Source: Cyclobacteriaceae bacterium (GTDB lineage: Bacteria; Bacteroidota; Bacteroidia; Cytophagales; Cyclobacteriaceae). Taken from it: 36,710 nt of DNA. The stretch covers positions 1-36,710 of the forward strand of contig CANHCD010000001.1 of the NCBI GenBank assembly GCA_947458795.1, in the 5' to 3' direction. The position numbers and the translations under genes were made by a program. The notes beneath the pieces were generated by a model that saw only the letters and a program-made list of their open reading frames with translations, ran no database searches and was not told the origin of the DNA. Each line of letters opens with the position of its first letter. Positions within the stretch are counted from its first letter, which is position 1. Positions 30,269-36,710 of the stretch are shown here, one piece after another.

Positions 30269-30865
30269 TTAAGAAGTTTTTAACGATGCCTTAATGAGCT
30301 CTTCTAGGGAGATAGTTCCACCACTCTTTTTGAGTACCAGGGCAATATTTTTCTCTGCCACAGCTTTTGGAAAACCTAAAGTGACTAGAGCTTGTAACGC
30401 TTCTTCTCTGATTTTATTGCCTCCATTTAGAAATCCTAAAGGAGCGGTAATTTCCCCACTTCCAGATTTGCCAACCTTGTCTTTCAATTCCAAGATGATT
30501 CGCTGGGCAGTTTTGGTTCCAATTCCTTTAACTGCTTGAATAGTAGCTACATCACCAGACAGAATAGCTTGTTCGATTTCAGAGCTTGTCAAGGAAGATA
30601 GGATCATAAGACCCGTGCTCGGGCCTACTCCATTGATGGAGGTGAGTAGGAGAAAGAGTCGTTTCTCTTGTTCTTCCTTGAATCCATAGAGGGTATGGGC
30701 ATCTTCCTTGATGTGCAGGTAAGTGAGGAGTCGTAGTTGCTCCTGATCCTTGATGGCAGTGTAAGTTTGTAGGGATATTTTGACATGGTAGCCAATTCCC
30801 CCTACATCGATAAGTACGTAGGTTGGGTCTTTGTGAACTAGTTTTCCATTGAGGTAATCTATCAT
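30269..30865 (-). CDS. ruvA: Holliday junction branch migration protein RuvA
   Basis: IDVGGIGY, LYGF, HhH motifs GVGP and GIGTKTAQRIILELK, and ALVTLGF. Confidence 0.97.
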   Translation of the reverse strand: MIDYLNGKLVHKDPTYVLIDVGGIGYHVKISLQTYTAIKDQEQLRLLTYLHIKEDAHTLYGFKEEQEKRLFLLLTSINGVGPSTGLMILSSLTSSEIEQAILSGDVATIQAVKGIGTKTAQRIILELKDKVGKSGSGEITAPLGFLNGGNKIREEALQALVTLGFPKAVAEKNIALVLKKSGGTISLEELIKASLKTS

Positions 30866-33141
30866 AAACTTTCTTTGCTGGATTGGGCATCCACTACGGC
30901 GATGGCTACCATATTGACGATTTCGCGGATGGAACTTCCCAGTTGAAGAATATGAACTGGTTTATTCATCCCCAATAAGATAGGACCGATTGCCTCTGCG
31001 TTTCCAAGTTCAGCCAAAAGCTTGTAAGCGATGTTTGAAGAAGCCAAATCGGGGAAAATGAGCGTATTGACTTCCTTCCCTTTTTGGGATAGGGCGGAGA
31101 AGGGGTAGAATTCCTTTTGAATTTCCTGGTTCAGGGCCACATTGGCCTGCATTTCCCCTTCGATAATCAAGTCTGGGTATTTTTCTTGAGCCAAGGCAGT
31201 AGCTTTGGCCATTTTCGAGGGGATATCTCCCTGAGCAGACCCAAAATTGGAGTAGGAGAGGAGTGCAATCCGTGGTACCATATTAAAAAACTTCACAGCT
31301 GTAGCGGTGAGTCCAATGATATCCACGAGTTCTTCAGCGGTAGGATTGAGATTGACTGTTGCGTCTGCAAAGAAATAAGGACCTCGTGGCGTGTTCAAGA
31401 TATACATACCTGCTACTCGATTGACTCCTTTTTTCACGCCAATGGTTTGTAGGGAAGGAAGGATGGTTTTTGGGTAATCGCGGGTGAGGCCAGAAATAAA
31501 GCAGTCAGCTTCCCCAGTTTCGACCATTAAGGCACCGAAATAATTGCGCTCCTTCACCAATCTGTTCGCACCGGCTAGGGTCATGCCTTTACGTTGTCTC
31601 TTTTGGGCCAGGATTTTCCCAAACTTCTCATTCATTTTCCGCTCTTCCATGGGGTCAATGATGCTGACACCTTCAAGGTCAAGCGAATTCTCTTCGATTA
31701 ATTCCAAAATTCGTTCCCGATTGCCTAAAAGGATAGGGATCGCGATTTTTTCATCTCGAATCAACTGCGCTGCTTTCAAGATTTTGAGGTTATCCGCCTC
31801 TCCAAATACTACTCGTTTCGGATCTTTTTTGGCTCGACCGATGACGATAGACATCAAGCGCTCGTCAATGCCAATTCGTTTCTGGAGCTCCACTTCGTAG
31901 GCGTCCCAGTCGGTAATGATTTTTTTTGCTACTCCAGATTCAATGGCTGCCTTGGCCACAGCCGGAGCGATGGTAGTGATGAGGCGTGGATCTACTGGTT
32001 TGGGAATCAAATAAAATCTCCCAAAACTTAGATTGCTCTCTCCATAGGCTTTGGTGACAATTTCTGGAACGGGTTCTTTGGCAAGCTTGGCAATTGCTTT
32101 TGCTGCGGCAAGCTTCATCTCTTCGTTAATTGTGGTAGCGCGCACATCCAAGGCGCCTCTAAAAATATAGGGGAATCCCAATACATTATTCACTTGATTG
32201 GGATGGTCTGATCTCCCAGTAGCCATGACCACATCTTCGCGTGCTGCAATGGCAGTTTCATAGGCGATTTCAGGATCTGGGTTGGCAAGTGCAAACACAA
32301 TTGGGTTTGCTGCCATGGATTGGATCAGTTCCGGTGCGATGATGTTGCCTGCAGAAAGCCCAAGAAAAACATCTGCACCTGGCATGGCCTCGGCGATGGT
32401 ATGGAAGTTTTGAGTAGTAGCAAACTCTATGTGCTCTCCAGCCAAGCCTGGACGATCGGAACGGAGGACTCCATCCTTATCGCAGACTACAATATGCTCT
32501 TTTTTGACGCCTAAGGTTAAATAAAACCGAAGGCAGGATATGGCAGCTGCACCAGCACCGCTAACGACAATGCGGATGTCTTCTATCTTTTTTTCAACTA
32601 GCTCAAGGGCATTGAGCAAGGCTGCTCCAGTGATGATGGCTGTCCCGTGCTGGTCATCGTGCATGACTGGGATTTTCATCTCTCGCTTGAGCGTCTGCTC
32701 AATCTCAAAGCATTCGGGAGCTTTAATATCCTCTAGATTGATGCCGCCAAAAGTGGGCTCTAGAGATTTGATGATTTGAATTAGTTTCTTTGGGTCTTTC
32801 TCATCAATTTCCAAGTCAAAGACATCGATGCCGGCAAATTTTTTGAAAAGGACTCCCTTTCCTTCCATTACGGGCTTTGAGGCTTCGGGACCAATGTCTC
32901 CCAATCCGAGTACTGCGGTACCATTTGAAATGACTGCCACCAAATTGCCTTTGGCGGTGTATTTGTACACATTTTCTACATCGGCAGCAATTTCCTTGCA
33001 AGGTTCAGCTACCCCAGGGGAATAGGCTAGCGCAAGATCCAATTGGCTGGAAACAGGCTTGGAAGGAATCACTTGGATCTTTCCTGGAGAGCCCTGGCTA
33101 TGGTAGTTTAATGCGTCTTCTTTTCTGATTTTAATCGCCAT
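30862..33141 (-). CDS. maeB: NADP-dependent malic enzyme with PTA-like C-terminal domain
   Basis: [33 protein letters not shown] and [10 protein letters not shown] motifs, followed by a PTA domain. Start 33141 avoids overlap with the upstream gene. Confidence 0.96.
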   Translation of the reverse strand: MAIKIRKEDALNYHSQGSPGKIQVIPSKPVSSQLDLALAYSPGVAEPCKEIAADVENVYKYTAKGNLVAVISNGTAVLGLGDIGPEASKPVMEGKGVLFKKFAGIDVFDLEIDEKDPKKLIQIIKSLEPTFGGINLEDIKAPECFEIEQTLKREMKIPVMHDDQHGTAIITGAALLNALELVEKKIEDIRIVVSGAGAAAISCLRFYLTLGVKKEHIVVCDKDGVLRSDRPGLAGEHIEFATTQNFHTIAEAMPGADVFLGLSAGNIIAPELIQSMAANPIVFALANPDPEIAYETAIAAREDVVMATGRSDHPNQVNNVLGFPYIFRGALDVRATTINEEMKLAAAKAIAKLAKEPVPEIVTKAYGESNLSFGRFYLIPKPVDPRLITTIAPAVAKAAIESGVAKKIITDWDAYEVELQKRIGIDERLMSIVIGRAKKDPKRVVFGEADNLKILKAAQLIRDEKIAIPILLGNRERILELIEENSLDLEGVSIIDPMEERKMNEKFGKILAQKRQRKGMTLAGANRLVKERNYFGALMVETGEADCFISGLTRDYPKTILPSLQTIGVKKGVNRVAGMYILNTPRGPYFFADATVNLNPTAEELVDIIGLTATAVKFFNMVPRIALLSYSNFGSAQGDIPSKMAKATALAQEKYPDLIIEGEMQANVALNQEIQKEFYPFSALSQKGKEVNTLIFPDLASSNIAYKLLAELGNAEAIGPILLGMNKPVHILQLGSSIREIVNMVAIAVVDAQSSKESL

Positions 33142-33163
33142 AAATGGGTGGTATAAGCTGGGT

Positions 33164-34255
33164 TTATAATCCTGTTTTTTCATTCCAACTCACGTTGGTA
33201 TTCAGGAGAACGGTCTGAATCTCTCGCAATGCATCTGCGTGGAGTTCGTTCGGAAAGTATACAAAGCCTTCCATGTAATACAATTTCCCTTTCTTCTCAT
33301 CAATCATCAAATAGCCTAGGTATGTACCTCCCATGCTGAGGTCGTTGGTCTTCCAAGTACCCCGTATTTCAACAGTAAAATTATCATTAATCACCATGTT
33401 TCGGAAAACGGGTGGGATTTGTTTTTCACTTGTCATAAAGGAATTGGGAACCTCCGGATCTGCAAAAATATGGCTCTTAGCGATTGAATCGCGCAGCTGA
33501 AGAATGTTCTCCGGAAAGGTTTGTTCTTCGTTTTTATAGTCCTCTACATGAAAATAGACGCTGATGTCTGGACGATTTTGGTTAGGAGTAGGTTGTCTCA
33601 ACCAAAGGAATCCAGGAATAGATTTTGCGATCTGGTAAGAAACAGGAGGCATGATTTCTATGCCTAGGTTTTTGCGCGCATCATTTTGCGCAGTTGCGTT
33701 TTTGCGTGCCAATAGGGCCTTCGCTAATCGATCTCTCTCTCGGACTTCGAAAAGATTTTGAAGCTGATCCTTGTGCTTGCGTAGGTTTGCAATTAGCTCT
33801 TTTTCAGTGTTTCCAAATAGGTAGAGTACTTCTTGGCCTTGTGCAAATTCATCTACCATACGAAGCGAATAGACGCTTGGGTCTGCAGCAGCTTTGGCTT
33901 TTGATTCAGGTGTAAATTGGGCATTGACCGCTTGGCTTCCTCCTCGCTTGTCGTCGAAGGTGGTGACATATACCAGGTTGGTATACATTTTCAGCATTCG
34001 TGTCATGGCGCGTGGATCGACACGATGCACTTTGAATAGCGCTTCCGAGCGAATCATTCCCGGTAGATCTGCTTCAAAAATTGCGCGTAACTCATCTCCA
34101 ACAGGTCCTGCCCATTTGGTCGAATCGATAGCTAAAACTATTTCACCTATTGAACCTCTTGCCTTGGGTTTGGAGCTGCTCGATCCAGTACCTTCTTCGC
34201 AGGAGAATAAAAAGAGGCAACACAAGGAAAGGAGGCTCAGGTATATTGCTTTCAT
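33164..34255 (-). CDS. DUF4837 family lipoprotein
   Basis: Lipobox LFSC (Cys19), FAQGQ, EIRGTW...MGG and EGFVY.P motifs. Usual neighbour of mltD in Bacteroidota. Confidence 0.8.
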   Translation of the reverse strand: MKAIYLSLLSLCCLFLFSCEEGTGSSSSKPKARGSIGEIVLAIDSTKWAGPVGDELRAIFEADLPGMIRSEALFKVHRVDPRAMTRMLKMYTNLVYVTTFDDKRGGSQAVNAQFTPESKAKAAADPSVYSLRMVDEFAQGQEVLYLFGNTEKELIANLRKHKDQLQNLFEVRERDRLAKALLARKNATAQNDARKNLGIEIMPPVSYQIAKSIPGFLWLRQPTPNQNRPDISVYFHVEDYKNEEQTFPENILQLRDSIAKSHIFADPEVPNSFMTSEKQIPPVFRNMVINDNFTVEIRGTWKTNDLSMGGTYLGYLMIDEKKGKLYYMEGFVYFPNELHADALREIQTVLLNTNVSWNEKTGL

Positions 34256-34334
34256 AGGAAGTCTAATTTCTAAAGGAAGTGTAAAAAAGAAATATAAGTT
34301 AGGTTATCTCTAAGTTATTCAAAACAGGTACTAT

Positions 34335-35732
34335 TCAACCTACAATTAATCGCTGACCTGGCTTGATTTGGGTTGTATTCAAGTTGTTCAACCGCTTGAT
34401 TTGTTCAATGCTGAGCGAGTGCTTTTGTGATATCATCCATAACGAATCACCAGGTCGGACGGTGTAGGTTTTGGAGGAGGTAGGATTGTCTGAATTCAAT
34501 GCAATGGTTTTCGAACTAGAAAGATTGGAATTGGAGTGTATGATAAGAATCTGCCCTTCCTTGATCAAATTTGAGCTAAGATTATTCCATTGCTTAATTT
34601 GAGTTAGGGTCACTCCATGTCGACTAGCAATTGTGCCAATGGCATCGCCAGACTTTACTTTGTAGGCAATTCTTGAAGTGGTCTGCTGTGGACTGCTCCC
34701 TTTAGTGGCTGTTTCTACTTGGCTGGTAGAAGCCACTAGGATTGGAGCTGCTTTGGATAAGGAGTCACTTATCCAGGCCAAGTTTTCCTTGATAAAAAAT
34801 GCTTTGGATTTTGGAATTCGGATGGACATCGAACGATGAGATTCTGGAACCCTCCCTTGTTTTATGGAAGGGTTTAGTTTCTCTAAATCTTTCAAACAAA
34901 CTTCTGTAAGTGAGGCCAAAGTTTTGAGCTGAAAGGTTTTATCAAAATTCAGCTGTTCATACTCCATAGGATAGCTTGGTTCTTCCAAGTGCAAGTTGTG
35001 CTCCTCTAGGTGATTAAGTATGTAAAGCATTGCTTGAAATTGAGGCACATAACTGCGCGTTTCTTTGGGCAGGTAATCATAAATTCCCCAAAACGTATTT
35101 TTACCCCCAGAATGCCGAATTGCTTTTCGCACATTGCCAGGACCACAGTTGTAGGCAGCAAGGGCTACTTCCCAGTTGCCAAACATTTTATAGAGTGCTT
35201 TGAGGTATTTTGCCGCAGCTTTAGTGGATTTTTCTGGATCCATGCGGTCATCGATATCCGGATTTACCTCCATGCCATACTCTCGTCCAGTAGCAGGCAT
35301 AAATTGCCAAAGTCCCATGGCACCCATATGCGACTTAATTTTTGGGTCTAAGCCGGATTCAATGATGGATAGGTGTTGAATTTCTACTGGCATGCCATAG
35401 TCTTTCATGGTTTCTTCATACATCGGAAAATACTGCTCTTTCCGTGCCAAGACCATTTTCATGTACTCACGATTTCGTACAGTGAAGTATTGAATAAAAG
35501 AAAAAATGCGGTCGTTTAATTCAAAATCCATCTCTGACTCCATGTTCTCGATTCGCTTGGCTACTTCTTCGTAGGTGAAATCAGGAATATACTCGTAATG
35601 ATAGTTCGGTAGTACAACCTCGAGCTGTCCTGAATTCGAGGTTCTGCTTTCTTGAGAAAATGCCTGAGTAGTTAAAAAAAAGAAACTAGCGACAGTCGCT
35701 AGAAATATTCTTAAAATAATGTGCTTCATCAC
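34335..35732 (-). CDS. mltD: Lytic transglycosylase, MltD type (SLT domain plus LysM repeats)
   Basis: IIES, GAMGLWQFM, AAYNCG and LPKETRSYV motifs, with two C-terminal LysM domains (YKVKSGD, YTVRPGDSL). Confidence 0.9.
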   Translation of the reverse strand: MMKHIILRIFLATVASFFFLTTQAFSQESRTSNSGQLEVVLPNYHYEYIPDFTYEEVAKRIENMESEMDFELNDRIFSFIQYFTVRNREYMKMVLARKEQYFPMYEETMKDYGMPVEIQHLSIIESGLDPKIKSHMGAMGLWQFMPATGREYGMEVNPDIDDRMDPEKSTKAAAKYLKALYKMFGNWEVALAAYNCGPGNVRKAIRHSGGKNTFWGIYDYLPKETRSYVPQFQAMLYILNHLEEHNLHLEEPSYPMEYEQLNFDKTFQLKTLASLTEVCLKDLEKLNPSIKQGRVPESHRSMSIRIPKSKAFFIKENLAWISDSLSKAAPILVASTSQVETATKGSSPQQTTSRIAYKVKSGDAIGTIASRHGVTLTQIKQWNNLSSNLIKEGQILIIHSNSNLSSSKTIALNSDNPTSSKTYTVRPGDSLWMISQKHSLSIEQIKRLNNLNTTQIKPGQRLIVG

Positions 35733-35735
35733 GTG

Positions 35736-36710
35736 CTAATTTAATGTCAAGGTACTCAAATAGTGACCAAAGGCATACAATTCTGCTTCTTTAAAGGAGT
35801 TTGCAATCACCTGAAGTCCTATGGGCATTCCTGAATCATCTTTCCCATTAGGAATAGATAAGGCTGGAACTCCAGAGACAGAAGCCTGAACTGTAAACAA
35901 GTCCTCCAAGTACATCGCAACAGGATCACCCCCATGTTCCCCAAATTTAAATGCTGTGGTTGGGGTTGTAGGGAGTAAAAGGTAGTCAAAATCTGTTAAT
36001 AAATTGGCAGTAAGGTCTCGGATTATTCGTCGAACCTTTTGAGCCTTAGTGAAATAAGCGTCGTAGTAGCTGGCTGACAGCACGAATGTTCCGAGCATGA
36101 TCCTTCGTTTGACCTCCTCACCAAATCCTTCGCTTCGGCTATTCTTGTAAAGCTGCTCCAAATTTTGTGCTTTAGGAGTTCGGTAGCCATATTTCACTCC
36201 ATCAAATCGAGCTAAATTTGCACTCGCCTCTGCAGTAGTCAAGATATAGTAGGTAGGAAGCACATATTTCAATTGAGGGAAGTCAACTTCTTGAACTTCG
36301 TGTCCCTCGGTTTTTAGCTTTTCGATTACCTCCAAGGTATTGCGCTTGATTTCAGGTTGTAAAGCCGAAGCATGCAATGCCTCTTTCAAAACAGCAATTT
36401 TTAGGGATCGCTTTGGGGAATCAAGCTTGCTGTAGGACTTGACCTCCTCCTTCGAGGAAGTGCTGTCTTTCTCGTCATAGCCTGCGATGACCTCAAGAAC
36501 TAAGGCATTGTCTTTAACAGTAGTTGAAAAAACACCGATGGTGTCAAAGGAAGAGGCGTATGCAATCAGTCCCCAGCGGGAAACTCGAGAGTAGCTGGGT
36601 TTCATGCCAACCACTCCAGTAAATGCAGCAGGCTGACGAACCGATCCTCCGGTGTCTGACCCCAAGCTGACTGTGCATAAGTTGGCTTGAACGGCTACGG
36701 CCGACCCTCC
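35736..36710 (-). CDS. gatA: Asp/Glu-tRNA amidotransferase subunit A (5' truncated by window edge)
   Basis: Frame is open to the window end (GGSAVAV...LGSDTGGSVRQPA). Also ANLARFDGVKYG and GFGEEVKRRIMLGT. Confidence 0.96.
   Translation of the reverse strand, partial: GGSAVAVQANLCTVSLGSDTGGSVRQPAAFTGVVGMKPSYSRVSRWGLIAYASSFDTIGVFSTTVKDNALVLEVIAGYDEKDSTSSKEEVKSYSKLDSPKRSLKIAVLKEALHASALQPEIKRNTLEVIEKLKTEGHEVQEVDFPQLKYVLPTYYILTTAEASANLARFDGVKYGYRTPKAQNLEQLYKNSRSEGFGEEVKRRIMLGTFVLSASYYDAYFTKAQKVRRIIRDLTANLLTDFDYLLLPTTPTTAFKFGEHGGDPVAMYLEDLFTVQASVSGVPALSIPNGKDDSGMPIGLQVIANSFKEAELYAFGHYLSTLTLN

Noticed and set aside
30862-33141. Malic enzyme fused to a phosphotransacetylase-like domain
   Set aside because: This is the standard MaeB architecture, not novel.
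33142-33183. Extended maeB start overlapping DUF4837
   Set aside because: The family-typical N-terminus begins at 33141.

Overview
Gene-dense core-genome window from a Bacteroidota member. The gene content and order (T9SS genes porU/porV/sprA, DUF4494, DUF4837, gatA-mltD, maeB-ruvA-sprA-gcvH-vanZ-tonB) suggest Cytophagales, possibly Cyclobacteriaceae; this assignment is an inference. There are 26 CDS, two of them cut by the window edges (ahcY, gatA), plus several intrinsic terminators. I found no rRNA, tRNA, CRISPR array, mobile element or recognisable defence system. The most interesting element is an 1100-aa POTRA-less Omp85-like outer-membrane protein (degenerate zinc-peptidase domain, beta-propeller, barrel with LRGF motif) lying between the porU-porV operon and sprA. 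Other points of interest are a five-gene operon with all junctions overlapping (MBL hydrolase-pssA-porU-porV-inactive M16), a polytopic membrane patatin-like lipase beside an Mpo1-like gene, and a possibly structured RNA segment after yicC. None is a demonstrated new system. All calls rest on reading motifs by eye, without database searches.
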